IMG/VR virus record: IMGVR_UViG_2850796239_000009
DNA length: 56,870 bases
Origin: a virus
Taxonomy: Duplodnaviria > Heunggongvirae > Uroviricota > Caudoviricetes
Strand: one strand, 5' to 3'
The notes under the pieces are model-generated. The model had not been told where the DNA came from. It searched no databases and was given only the letters and a program-made list of their open reading frames with translations. Below, one piece after another: positions 10,099 to 22,321 of this stretch (positions within the stretch are counted from its first letter, which is position 1; the number at the start of each line of letters is the position of its first letter). The translations under genes were made by a program, and so were the position numbers.

Positions 10099-10674
10099 TA
10101 TGTTTATAGTATTAGCATCAATTTCTCATCAGATGCTATTCAACAATACAAATTACCCATAAACCTCGTTTTTACGGGGTTTTGTTATATTTAAACATTA
10201 CCGAATAGATATAAATCTCGATTGTCGATGGTATTGGTTGTGTGACAATACCTAGTCTTTCCGGTATGCCTGAAGAGAATACAAACGACAGATTATGTAA
10301 GGGAAACGCGCTGAAACTTTCACTCTTTCATGCTGAGTGATTTGACGTTATATTTTTAGCCGCAAGTGAAGAGCAAACGAATGGAGCGACAAAATGCATA
10401 AAGATCAATACATTGATGCCCCTCCCAGGAGCAGGTTCGTGTAAAAACTATGCTTAATAGCACCATTTCGATGGGTTACCCGGATGTTGTAATTGCATGT
10501 ATAGAACATCAAGTATCTCTGGAAGCATTCAGGGCAATTGAGGCCGCGTTAGTAAAGCACGATAAGAATACGAAGGATTATTCCCTGTTGGTTGACTGAT
10601 CACCATAACTGCTAACCATTCTGACCATTTCACAAGTGACAGAGTCAATATCGTATTCTGTCACTGTCAGGCTA

Positions 10675-11588
10675 GGCTGTGTCCCTTAATTACGTAAGCG
10701 TTGATAAAAGAGTCGGATGCAGCCCAGTTTCACCATCGCCAGGTAATTTCTCGCCGTTTTGTCGTAACGCGTGGCGATGCGGCGATATTCTTTCAGCCGC
10801 CCAAAGCACCGTTCAACGACATTACGATTGCGGTACGCATCACGATCAAGCTGTGCACGTCCATCCGATGCCATTTTCTCATTTGACTTTCGGGGATTAC
10901 TGCCTTTATACCGTTATTTTTCAGCTCGTTGCGCAATGCGCGCCCTGAATACGCTTTATCAGCCAGTACCGCATGTCCACGGCGTTTCATGCTGCCGTTC
11001 TGACGCTGAACGCCAATCCCGTCCAGAAGTCGTTGCGCGAACTGGCTTTCATGAGCTTGTCCGGGGCTTAGCACGATATTTAACGGGAGGCCACTTCCGT
11101 CTGTTGCCAGATGGATTTTGGTGCCAAAACCGCCGCGAGAGCGACCCGGCCCATTATCTCCGTCGATATCGGGATGTTTTTTTGAGCACCGGCGGCACAT
11201 TTCAGCGCCCGGATATTACTGCCATCCAGCGCGGTGGCAGACCAGTCAATAAAGCCGTTTGCATCAAGTAGCGAAAGCAACCTGTTGAAAATAATATTAA
11301 TCACGCCTGACTTTGACCATCGGTTAAAGCGGTTATAAACAGTTTTCCATGACCCATATCGTTCGGGTAAATCGCGCCATGGTGCACCGGAACATAACAC
11401 CCAGAACATGCCATTGATGATTTTACGGTGCTCAGCCCATGGGCGTCCGGCCCGTGGTGTGGCGGGTTCAGGAGGTAACAGGGGCTTGATGATGGTCCAT
11501 GCCTCATCGGGAAGGTCGTAGCGAGCCATAGTTCAATATGTTGTGTAAACAGACAGTTACTATAGCTCAGATGATTAAGGGACACAGC
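10675..11588 (-). mobile_element. IS5-family insertion sequence (IS427-group-like), copy 1, 914 bp
   Basis: Inverted ends GGCTGTGTCCCTTAAT; orfA 11080-11529 (-); orfB split (10793-11200, 10686-10874); differs from copies 2 and 3 only at homopolymer lengths. Confidence 0.8.
11080..11529 (-). CDS. IS5-family transposase OrfA (copy 1)
   Basis: 149-aa ORF MARYDLPDEAWTIIKPLLPPEP..., near-identical to OrfA of copies 2 and 3. Confidence 0.75.
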   Translation of the reverse strand: MARYDLPDEAWTIIKPLLPPEPATPRAGRPWAEHRKIINGMFWVLCSGAPWRDLPERYGSWKTVYNRFNRWSKSGVINIIFNRLLSLLDANGFIDWSATALDGSNIRALKCAAGAQKNIPISTEIMGRVALAAVLAPKSIWQQTEVASR

Positions 11589-12160
11589 CTAATACAGTAC
11601 TGCAATTCAACTACAGCAATGCCTCGTATTTAGGTGAATTTACAATATCGTTCTATTCGGATACCAACTGCATTTCTGAAGATAAGGCATTTATGGCTCA
11701 CATATTGGTCCCTCACGCTCGCCAGTTCTGTGCGGGGAGGGAGGGAAGGTAAAGAAACCGGGATGTTCATCCATCATCACTCTGGATTGATGTATATGCT
11801 CTCTTTTCTGACGTTAGTCTCCGACGGCAGGCTTCAATGACCCAGGCTGAGAAATTCCCGGACCCTTTTTGATCAAGAGCGATGTTAATTTGTTCAATCA
11901 TTTGGTTAGGAAAGCGGATGTTGCGGGTTGTTGTTCTGCGGGTTCTGTTCTTCGTTGACATGAGGTTGTCCCGTATTCTGTGTTGCTGATTTGTATTGTC
12001 TGAAGTTTTTTTTACGTTAAGTTGATGCAGATCAATTAATACGATACCTGCGTCATAATTGATTATTTGACGTGGTTTGATGGCGTAGATGCACGTTGTG
12101 ACATGTAGATGATAATTATTATCATTTTGCGGGTCCTTTCCGGCGATCCGACAGGTTACG

Positions 12161-12172
12161 GGGCGGCGACCT
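12161..12172 (+). other. Helper cosN cohesive-end site (lambda-type GGGCGGCGACCT) with flanking cosQ and cosB
   Basis: 12-mer GGGCGGCGACCT followed by CGCGGGTTTTCGCTATTTATGAAAATTTTCCGG..., the recalled lambda genome left end, ~190 bp upstream of nu1. Confidence 0.85.
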
Positions 12173-12349
12173 CGCGGGTTTTCGCTATTTATGAAAATTT
12201 TCCGGTTTAAGGCGTTTCCGTTCTTCTTCGTCATAACTTAATGTTTTTATTTAAAATACCCTCTGAAAAGAAAGGAAACGACAGGTGCTGAAAGCGAGCT
12301 TTTTGGCCTCTGTCGTTTCCTTTCTCTGTTTTTGTCCGTGGAATGAACA

Positions 12350-12869
12350 ATGGAAGTCAATAAAAAGCAGCTGGCTGACATTTTCGGTGCGAGTATCCGT
12401 ACCATTCAGAACTGGCAGGAACAGGGAATGCCCGTTCTGCGAGGCGGTGGCAAGGGTAATGAGGTGCTTTATGACTCTGCCGCCGTTATAAAATGGTATG
12501 CCGAAAGGGATGCTGAAATTGAGAACGAAAAGCTGCGCCGGGAGGTTGAAGAACTGCGGCGGGCCAGCGAGACAGATCTCCAGCCAGGGACTATTGAGTA
12601 CGAACGCCATCGACTTACGCGTGCGCAGGCCGACGCACAGGAGCTGAAAAATGCCAGAGACTCCGCTGAAGTGGTGGAAACCGCATTCTGTACTTTCGTG
12701 CTGTAGCGGATCGCAGGTGAAATTGCCAGTATTCTCGACGGGATCCCCCTGTCGGTGCAGCGGCGTTTTCCGGAACTGGAAAACCGACATGTTGATTTCC
12801 TGAAACGGGATATCATCAAAGCCATGAACAAAGCAGCCGCGCTGGATGAACTGATACCGGGGTTGCTGA

Positions 12870-12895
<26 letters not shown>
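12350..12895 (+). pseudogene. nu1: Terminase small subunit Nu1 interrupted by an in-frame amber codon
   Basis: [34 protein letters not shown]... runs to TAG at 12704-12706, then continues in the same frame (RIAGEIASILDG...EYIEQSG) to TAA at 12893-12895. Confidence 0.85.
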
Positions 12896-14998
<2,103 letters not shown>

Positions 14999-15026
14999 AA
15001 ACGTCCACCATTCCCACCCTTCTGGG

Positions 15027-16326
15027 CTGAGGGATCCCCACAAAATTACTGCTAATAAACCAGCACCATATTTCGGTAGGTTCTGGACAGATGGTTTAGA
15101 ACTGTGCTCAGTACTGTTCGTCTTAAAATAAGTGGCGAGTGTCGAAGAACATTCTTCGCTAACGTCAGATATGAGATAACCCGCCGGGATTTAATGCTGT
15201 TAGCCTGATATTTCAGGTGTAACCCTTTATTTTCAGCGTGATAACCGAGTAACCACATTACGATAGTGCTCAACGTTGCCAGCAGACTCAGAACCAGAAT
15301 TCTTCCTGTTGAACGACTTTTGCTGGCCCGAAGACCAAATCCGAAGCGCCCGTTCTTTTCATCACGAAAGTTTTGCTCAATCTGCATTCGCCGACTGTAT
15401 AACTTGATGATTTCTCGCGCTCTGAAGTCATTTGTACTGCTGAAGATCAACCAGGCTTCTTTTGCTGATTTGCTCTGTTCTTTGTCTGTTTTGTTTAAAC
15501 CACTCTGACCTTTCGAACGTTTCTTTTTTCGCCCTTTTGCCGATTTCTTATAGGTGTAAAAATGCCCCGGATGCTTTTTTTCCTTTCTTTAACCAGCCTT
15601 CCAGCCCCCATATATTCCGGTGTTTTACATTCAGGGCTATCCGACACTTTTAACCATCTTTCAGGCGCGTTATCGAGGCAATACTGAACGTTATTTCTGA
15701 TCCGACCAATAAAATCCCAGCCCAGAGAAGTAATATGGTGAAACCATGCGCTCTGAAATCCAGCATCCGTGACAATAATAACCCTGGCATCGGGGGGCAG
15801 GGATTGAGCAAGGGAATCAAGGAAATCATGTTGTATCAATGGATTATTTTGTTTTTCAGAAGGAACAACCTTACTCAATAACGGAATGGAACGCCCGTCA
15901 CACAGAAGGCTGGCACGAAGAACATGATGCTCCTGGGAGGGATAGCCACTCCAGTCTACGGCTATTACACATAAAGATAACTGCCGTGTCAGCATTGAAG
16001 TGATATTCCTGAAAATCATTGGAATATCGCGATGGAGCGCCTCATTACCCATGAGGCGATCAATACGTTTGATCTTATTCTTAACTTGTGCATTACCCGG
16101 CAAAAAACGTCCGATACTGGTCAGCGTCAGAGATGCTCCGTTGATTAACGCCACTGTGGCATCCATCAGGGCATTTTGTCGGTACTGATGAAATGGTGCT
16201 AAGGCATCCCGGAAGAAATTCTGACATACTTTATGAACAGGCATAGCAGTGATCTCATTGAATTGTTGGCACAAATCAGTAGATCACATAATGCTATGTC
16301 TGTCTCGTTTTCTGGGGATTCCTCAG
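15027..16326 (-). mobile_element. IS10-like (IS4-family) insertion sequence, copy 1, inserted in portal gene B
   Basis: Inverted ends CTGAGGGATCCCCA / CTGAGGAATCCCCA; 9-bp target duplication CCTTCTGGG at 15018-15026 and 16327-16335. Confidence 0.8.
15052..16274 (-). pseudogene. IS10-like transposase (copy 1), frame broken at a G run
   Basis: Two ORFs (15495-16274, 15052-15450) together match the intact 407-aa copy at 34672-35895; copy 1 has CCGGGG where copy 2 has CCGGGGG. Confidence 0.7.
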
Positions 16327-17133
16327 CCTTCTGGGGCCGGACGGCATGACATCGCTGCGTGAATATGCCGGTTATCACGGCGGTGGCAGCGGATTTGGTG
16401 GGCAGTTGCGGGCGTGGAACCCACCGGGTGAAAGTGTGGATGCAGCCCTGCTGCCCAACTTTACCCGTGGCAATGCCCGCGCAGACGATCTGGTACGCAA
16501 TAACGGCTATGCCGCCAACGCCATCCAGTTGCATCAGGATCATATCGTCGGGTCTTTTTTCCGGCTCAGTCATCGCCCAAGCTGGCGCTATCTGGGCATC
16601 GGGGAGGAAGAAGCCCGTGCCTTTTCCCGCGAGGTTGAAGCGGCATGGAAAGAGTTTGCCGAGGATGACTGCTGCTGCATTGACGTTGAGCGAAAACGCA
16701 CGTTTACCATGATGATTCGGGAAGGTGTGGCCATGCACGCCTTTAACGGTGAACTGTTCGTTCAGGCCACCTGGGATACCAGTCCCTCGCGACTGTTCCG
16801 GACACAGTTCCGGATGGTCAGCCCGAAGCGCATCAGCAACCCGAACAATACCGGCGACAGCCGGAACTGCCGTGCCGGTGTGCAGATTAATGACAGCGGT
16901 GCGGCGCTGGGATATTACGTCAGCGAGGACGGCTATCCTGGCTGGATGCCGCAGAAATGGACATGGATACCCCGTGAGTTACCCGGCGGGCGCGCCTCGT
17001 TCATTCACGTTTTTGAACCCGTGGAGGACGGGCAGACCCGCGGTGCAAATGTGTTTTACAGCGTGATGGAGCAGATGAAGATGCTCGACACACTGCAGAA
17101 CACGCAGCTGCAGAGCGCCATTGTGAAGGCGAT
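16327..17133 (+). pseudogene. B: Portal protein gpB, middle fragment
   Basis: MTSLREYAGYHGGGSGFGGQLRAWNPP...LQNTQLQSAIVKA matches recalled gpB residues ~15-283; N-terminal stub [11 protein letters not shown] at 14995-15026 is cut off by IS10-like; fragment ends at the satellite junction. Confidence 0.85.
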
Positions 17134-17261
17134 TTATGTCTATCATCTCACCGTAGTTGCCCGCATCGTTCGCCAACTCCACTGAAACCCTTGCTGCGTC
17201 TGGAATGTCGTTTTCCATGCTTTTGATGACCGTTCATCACCCTTCCAGTTTTTCGCGGTTT

Positions 17262-17315
17262 TGTGTATTGCAATGTGTATTGCAAATTGGCGATCGGGAT
17301 GGGTGTGTATTGCAA
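17262..17315 (+). repeat. Three direct TGTGTATTGCAA repeats next to attL (putative integrase arm-type sites)
   Basis: TGTGTATTGCAA at 17262-17273, 17274-17285 and 17304-17315, just upstream of int; two related copies lie near attR. Confidence 0.45.
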
Positions 17316-17333
17316 ATCTCTTGAGGGCTTTTA

Positions 17334-18574
17334 ATGGCTATTGAAAACAAACTCAGTGACAAACTGTTAAAGAGTCTTGTCGGAAAACGGCAGGACAAAC
17401 AAAAAACAATAGCGGATGGGCGCGGGTTGTCTGTGCGTGTAAGCATGGTTGGGGGATCAGCTTTGTTTTTTACTATCGTCTTGGTGGCAGGGAATCCCCT
17501 CCGGTATGGCTTACACTTGGTCGCTATCCTGACATGTCTCTTGCAACGGCCAGGCGCATGCGTGATCAGTGCCGTGAATGGCTGGCTGAAAATCTGGACC
17601 CCCGCAGGCAAATAAAACTTGCTGCCGAAAAAACTATGCAACCAGTGACCGTAAGGGATGCGCTGTTTTACTGGTACGACAATCACGCCACAACAGCCAG
17701 AAAAGAGCATGAATATTTAATAAAACGATTTGAAAAGCATATCTTCCCCTATATCGGTGATATGGCTATAGAACAGTGCAAATTACACACATGGCTTACC
17801 GTCTTTGACAGGATCAAAAAAAATGCGCCTGTTATGTCTGGTGCAATTTTTCTTGATATCAAACAGGCGTTGCGTTTTTGTCGCGTCAGGCAATACATCG
17901 CGTGCGATCCCTTTGGAGATATTAACGTAAGTTATGTCGGGCGCTCATCCGGTATAAGGGATCGCGTTCTTAATATCAATGAAACCGCTGATGTATGGTC
18001 TTATGCTTACGGTAATAATTTGCTAACTCTGTCATCAATATATAACCGAAGAATAATGGTTATCTGCCTGGTGTTTGGTTGCCGACAGCAGGAGGCGAGG
18101 CTATCCACCTGGGACGAATGGGATTTAAAAAACTGGGTATGGACAGTCCCAAAAGAGCACAGCAAAAACAAGGAGGCTATAGTAAGGCCTGTTCCTGACG
18201 GAATAAAACAATGGATCGTTAATCTTTACGCAGAAACAAAAAATCGCGGTTATGTTGTCGGTTGTGCTTTGCAAAGGGCGACAATAACAGGGGCTGCAAA
18301 CAGAATATGCAGGCGTCTTGGTCATGATACTAATGGCTTGTGGTGCATACATGATTTCAGGCGCACATTTTCCACTACGCTTAATGATATGGGGGCGGAT
18401 CCTTATATTGTCGAACTTCTTTTAGGTCATAAAGTGAAAGGGGTTGCTGGTGTTTACAATAAAAGCAGGCATATAAAGAAAAAACTTGAGGTGCTTAATA
18501 TGTGGGTTAATTACCTTAATACGATAGCAGGATTTAACAACAACGTTATCGAGCTTAATAAAGAGGTGGTGTGA
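17334..18574 (+). pseudogene. int: Tyrosine integrase (P4/CP4-57 type), frame broken in a T6 run
   Basis: MAIENKLSDKLLKSLVGKRQDKQKTIADGRGLSVRVS... switches frame at TTTTTT (17466-17471) to ...YRLGGRESPPVWLTLGRYPDMSLATARRMR... with catalytic domain (HDFRRTF, LLGH). Confidence 0.8.
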
Positions 18575-18575
18575 T

Positions 18576-18833
18576 ATGGCAATTTATTCTCTTGTTGATG
18601 AAAACGATTTGCGCACAATGAAGGACATTGATCGGTTCATTCGTGAAAAAGAGTGCATAGCACTTACCACGCTGGCAAACTCAACACGCTGGAAAATGGA
18701 GCAGGCAGGTAAATTCCCGCGACGTATCAAGATCGGTGAACGTGCTGCAGGGTATCGACTTTCAGAGGTTCAGGCATGGATCCGTGGTGAGTGGCATCCT
18801 GGATGGAAACCTGGAAAAACAAAACAGCAATAA
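18576..18833 (+). CDS. AlpA-family HTH regulator / excisionase-like
   Basis: 85-aa ORF with ...ALTTLANSTRWKMEQAGKFPRRIKIGERAAGYRLSEVQAWIRG, the AlpA/Xis MerR-like HTH pattern; immediately follows int. Confidence 0.6.
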   Translation: MAIYSLVDENDLRTMKDIDRFIREKECIALTTLANSTRWKMEQAGKFPRRIKIGERAAGYRLSEVQAWIRGEWHPGWKPGKTKQQ

Positions 18834-18846
18834 CCAGTAAATAATG

Positions 18847-18869
18847 CCCCTCATCACGAGGGGTTTTTT
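18847..18869 (+). terminator. Rho-independent terminator after int-alpA
   Basis: CCCCTC-ATCAC-GAGGGG hairpin followed by TTTTTT. Confidence 0.5.
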
Positions 18870-18889
18870 GTCTATAAGGTAAAAACGCG

Positions 18890-19468
18890 ATGAATAAAAA
18901 TATTGCCGTGACGGGCAAGGGGTACGCTCGTCCAGTGAAAAAATTCTGCGATATTCGTGATCTCGTCGTTCTGCGCTTTGATAGTGTGAACGTTCGTGTG
19001 GTGTATCTGAACGGCGATCCGTGGTTTGTTGCAAAAGATGTTTGTGCTGCGCTGGAACTAACCAATTCGCGTACGGCGTTGCAGATGCTTGATGATGATG
19101 AAAAGGGAGTAAATTTAACTTACACCCCAGGAGGAAATCAGAATATGAGAATTATCTCTGAGTCAGGTTTCTACAAACTAATAGCCCGCAGCCGCAAAGC
19201 AACGACGCCTGGCACATTTGCTCATCGTTTCAGTAACTGGGTATTCAGAAATGTGATACCAGGTATCAGAAAAACGGGGACTTATGGTATCCCGTGGGGT
19301 GCATTACAGGATTTTTCCCGCCGTAAAGAGCAATATCAAATAAGTGCCAGCGAGAAGGGGAGGGAGCTACAGGCATGTAAGCGCAAAAAGCGTGAGCTGG
19401 AGGAAGAAGAAAAAACGCTGATACGTGAATATCAGCCTGAGTTTTACTTTGGTAACCGCATTCAGTGA
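18890..19468 (+). CDS. BRO-N / KilA-N domain protein (antirepressor-like)
   Basis: 192-aa ORF with N-terminal ...LNGDPWFVAKDVCAALELTNSRTALQMLDDDEKG..., the Bro-N domain pattern. Confidence 0.6.
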   Translation: MNKNIAVTGKGYARPVKKFCDIRDLVVLRFDSVNVRVVYLNGDPWFVAKDVCAALELTNSRTALQMLDDDEKGVNLTYTPGGNQNMRIISESGFYKLIARSRKATTPGTFAHRFSNWVFRNVIPGIRKTGTYGIPWGALQDFSRRKEQYQISASEKGRELQACKRKKRELEEEEKTLIREYQPEFYFGNRIQ

Positions 19469-19801
19469 CAAAACAAAGGCGACCGCAAAAGGGTCGCCAG
19501 TGGGAACAAGGGAAAACAAAAGCATCACCAACAATGCCACATTTGCGGCTGGTGGGCAATGTGATCAGTCAGATTTGGTTCGTTCCAAGGTTTGCAACGA
19601 GAGCTTTTTCCTGTGCTCTTTAAGGAATTTCTCAAGAGCAAACGAACAAGGTGCGAATCTTTCTGATTCATGTTCATGCGCTATATTTTTGCGTCGTCTC
19701 TTACGAGTTGGTGATGGTGTTTTGGTTGATTCTGTGTCGCTCATGGTGCTGTCCTGTAAAGCAATGCGCCTGCGTTCCTCAAACTATGGCGCTGATATTG
19801 G

Positions 19802-20107
19802 CTATTCATGCTCTTTGACCTTGCGTCGCTGGAGTTCTTCACGCGCGACGGTGACGAGTTGCCCGATCTCCTCGGCTGCTTTGATGCCGATTTGTTCGAC
19901 CTTAGCCAGGGCATCCAGTGACGACACAAGGGGATTTTCTCCGCTGCCTTCTGCTTGGCGGCGGGCTATTTCTCCGCGCATGGCGGTTACGATAAATCCG
20001 GCATTGCTTTCACCGTCCAGCTTAACGGATTCCATCCCTTGCATAACATCTAGTGGGACTCTGACAGTTGTCAGTTGTGATTTTGCGTTTTTGTTAGCCG
20101 TTGCCAT
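19802..20107 (-). CDS. Putative ribbon-helix-helix DNA-binding regulator
   Basis: 101-aa ORF whose N-terminus (TTVRVPLDVMQGMESVKLDGESNAGFIVTAMRGEIARRQ) has an RHH-like strand-helix-helix pattern; divergent from the downstream operon. Confidence 0.35.
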   Translation of the reverse strand: MATANKNAKSQLTTVRVPLDVMQGMESVKLDGESNAGFIVTAMRGEIARRQAEGSGENPLVSSLDALAKVEQIGIKAAEEIGQLVTVAREELQRRKVKEHE

Positions 20108-20168
20108 TTCTGAAACTCCTAATCATCGGTGTGTTTCAGTATACACAAAAAAAGAAATACAAAAAGCC

Positions 20169-20206
20169 TTGACGTGTGTTTCATGCGCTCATAACATGAA
20201 ACACAC
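20169..20206 (+). promoter_or_regulatory. Putative promoter (-35 TTGACG) overlapped by a 12-bp inverted repeat operator
   Basis: GTGTGTTTCATG-n9-CATGAAACACAC perfect inverted repeat at 20174-20206 in the divergent intergenic region. Confidence 0.35.
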
Positions 20207-20348
20207 CGAAAGGATTGTTGAAATACAAAGAGCAACGCCCCGCAGTGCTGGGAACACATACGGGGCGTCTAACCAACAACGTAAACTAGGCTGTGTCCCT
20301 TAATCATCTGAGCTATAGTAACTGTCTGTTTACACAACATATTGAACT

Positions 20349-20798
20349 ATGGCTCGCTACGACCTTCCCGATGAGGCATGGACCATCATCAAGCCCCTGT
20401 TACCTCCTGAACCCGCCACACCACGGGCCGGACGCCCATGGGCTGAGCACCGTAAAATCATCAATGGCATGTTCTGGGTGTTATGTTCCGGTGCACCATG
20501 GCGCGATTTACCCGAACGATATGGGTCATGGAAAACTGTTTATAACCGCTTTAACCGATGGTCAAAGTCAGGCGTGATTAATATTATTTTCAACAGGTTG
20601 CTTTCGCTACTTGATGCAAACGGCTTTATTGACTGGTCTGCCACCGCGCTGGATGGCAGTAATATCCGGGCGCTGAAATGTGCCGCCGGTGCTCAAAAAA
20701 ACATCCCGATATCGACGGAGATAATGGGCCGGGTCGCTCTCGCGGCGGTTTTGGCACCAAAATCCATCTGGCAACAGACGGAAGTGGCCTCCCGTTAA
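20349..20798 (+). CDS. IS5-family transposase OrfA (copy 2)
   Basis: 149-aa ORF MARYDLPDEAWTIIKPLLPP...; A7 slippery run (GCTCAAAAAAAC) near its end feeds into orfB. Confidence 0.8.
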   Translation: MARYDLPDEAWTIIKPLLPPEPATPRAGRPWAEHRKIINGMFWVLCSGAPWRDLPERYGSWKTVYNRFNRWSKSGVINIIFNRLLSLLDANGFIDWSATALDGSNIRALKCAAGAQKNIPISTEIMGRVALAAVLAPKSIWQQTEVASR

Positions 20799-21193
20799 AT
20801 ATCGTGCTAAGCCCCGGACAAGCTCATGAAAGCCAGTTCGCGCAACGACTTCTGGACGGGATTGGCGTTCAGCGTCAGAACGGCAGCATGAAACGCCGTG
20901 GACATGCGGTACTGGCTGATAAAGCGTATTCAGGGCGCGCATTGCGCAACGAGCTGAAAAATAACGGTATAAAGGCAGTAATCCCCCGAAAGTCAAATGA
21001 GAAAATGGCATCGGATGGACGTGCACAGCTTGATCGTGATGCGTACCGCAATCGTAATGTCGTTGAACGGTGCTTTGGGCGGCTGAAAGAATATCGCCGC
21101 ATCGCCACGCGTTACGACAAAACGGCGAGAAATTACCTGGCGATGGTGAAACTGGGCTGCATCCGACTCTTTTATCAACGCTTACGTAATTAA
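20678..21193 (+). CDS. IS5-family transposase OrfB (DDE domain; likely OrfAB fusion by -1 frameshift)
   Basis: 171-aa ORF overlapping orfA in the -1 frame. Confidence 0.75.
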   Translation: MCRRCSKKHPDIDGDNGPGRSRGGFGTKIHLATDGSGLPLNIVLSPGQAHESQFAQRLLDGIGVQRQNGSMKRRGHAVLADKAYSGRALRNELKNNGIKAVIPRKSNEKMASDGRAQLDRDAYRNRNVVERCFGRLKEYRRIATRYDKTARNYLAMVKLGCIRLFYQRLRN

Positions 21194-21215
21194 GGGACAC
21201 AGCCTAGGAGCCGTT

Positions 21216-21413
21216 ATGGTTGCTGTAAATCATATACCACACCTTGTACACACACAAACGGCCTTTGTGTGGCGTTTTCTGGCACTGAGTGCCGGAGAAT
21301 CTCAAATCATCCACGTAACCGCCTGGACGGAACGCGAAGCGCGTAGCCGTTGCCCGTCCGGTTGTGTTGCTGTATTCGCTGCAAAAATCCGCCAGGGAGT
21401 GAGTCATGCTTAA
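21216..21413 (+). CDS. Hypothetical small protein (satellite operon)
   Basis: 65-aa ORF starting right after the IS5-family copy. Confidence 0.25.
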   Translation: MVAVNHIPHLVHTQTAFVWRFLALSAGESQIIHVTAWTEREARSRCPSGCVAVFAAKIRQGVSHA

Positions 21414-21591
21414 AACCTTCCGTGTATTTGCCCGAGCTGTTAACCCAATAGGCCACACAATTGGTATCGCTCAGAATGTGAAGGCTGTTAATGTTCAGAC
21501 GGCTATTGCTGCGGTGAGAAGCGAATCATCAGAATATGGCTTATCACAAGTCATTATTTCAGCAGTGTATGAATTAAAAGAGGTGCATTAA
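21406..21591 (+). CDS. Hypothetical small protein (satellite operon)
   Basis: 61-aa ORF overlapping its neighbours. Confidence 0.3.
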   Translation: MLKTFRVFARAVNPIGHTIGIAQNVKAVNVQTAIAAVRSESSEYGLSQVIISAVYELKEVH

Positions 21592-21782
21592 TGCAGGAAA
21601 TTACATTACACGAAGCCGCTGAACGTGCGCACCAGACAGAAATTATTTGCCGCCTTCTTGAGGTATACCCGAACAAAATTACAGATGCTGATATATCCGC
21701 ACTGGCGAGCCTACTGGCGCGTCTTTCGGGAAGTGTCGCTAGTTTTTTGATTGAGGAAGAAAGTAAGCTGGTGGGGGATTAA
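21591..21782 (+). CDS. Hypothetical small protein (satellite operon)
   Basis: 63-aa ORF with overlapping stop/start. Confidence 0.3.
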   Translation: MQEITLHEAAERAHQTEIICRLLEVYPNKITDADISALASLLARLSGSVASFLIEEESKLVGD

Positions 21783-22004
21783 ATGAATACAGAACGGGAA
21801 GTCTTTTTTAAATTGTTAGCATGTGCAGAAAGTTCATTAACTTTAAATAATTCAGCAAAAGCAATATTAAATATGTGGCTTGATTGCATAAATGACAATG
21901 AAGATGCAAATATTGCTTATGGCCTGTTGTCACTTATTGATGAATCAGCAGAAAAACTCAATGACGCAATAAATAGTGCCCTGCTATCAAATAAGTCGAG
22001 TTAA
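21783..22004 (+). CDS. Hypothetical small protein (satellite operon)
   Basis: 73-aa ORF. Confidence 0.3.
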   Translation: MNTEREVFFKLLACAESSLTLNNSAKAILNMWLDCINDNEDANIAYGLLSLIDESAEKLNDAINSALLSNKSS

Positions 22005-22021
22005 GTCGAGGAATAAATAAT

Positions 22022-22321
22022 ATGGAAATGAAAAATTCTGGCTTTATTGCCAGCGGCCCCGCTCGACCTGAATTTATGAACGGCGATATTTACCGCGATA
22101 AATACGGCGGCACGGTAACGATTAAAGGCGTGGCAGAACGGCGCATCACTTACCGCCGTGAGGGGTATAGCTATGACTGCGTGATGCCTGTTTATCAGTT
22201 CCGGCGTGATTTTTCCCTGGTATATGCCGCACCCCGCAGTAAGCCCATCAGCAGGGAAAAAGCGTGGGGAAATATCCAGAAAATGAAAACCATGATTAAC
22301 GGATTCAGAGGTAAAAAATGA
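22022..22321 (+). CDS. Hypothetical protein (satellite operon)
   Basis: 99-aa ORF whose stop overlaps the pri-rep start. Confidence 0.3.
   Translation: MEMKNSGFIASGPARPEFMNGDIYRDKYGGTVTIKGVAERRITYRREGYSYDCVMPVYQFRRDFSLVYAAPRSKPISREKAWGNIQKMKTMINGFRGKK

Larger units (their letters stand above)
20289..21204 (+). mobile_element. IS5-family insertion sequence (IS427-group-like), copy 2, 916 bp, inside the satellite
   Basis: Ends GGCTGTGTCCCTTAAT...ATTAAGGGACACAGCC flanked by CTA|...|TAG (TA duplication). Confidence 0.85.

Noticed and set aside
11767-12234. 155-aa minus-strand ORF spanning the cos region
   Set aside because: Lies across the non-coding lambda right-end/cos sequence including cosN; almost certainly a chance ORF.
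16199-17218. Overlapping ORFs in other frames across the portal middle fragment (16199-16738 minus, 16359-16712, 16725-17066, 16979-17218)
   Set aside because: The gpB frame 16346-17185 matches recalled portal sequence; the others are shadow ORFs.
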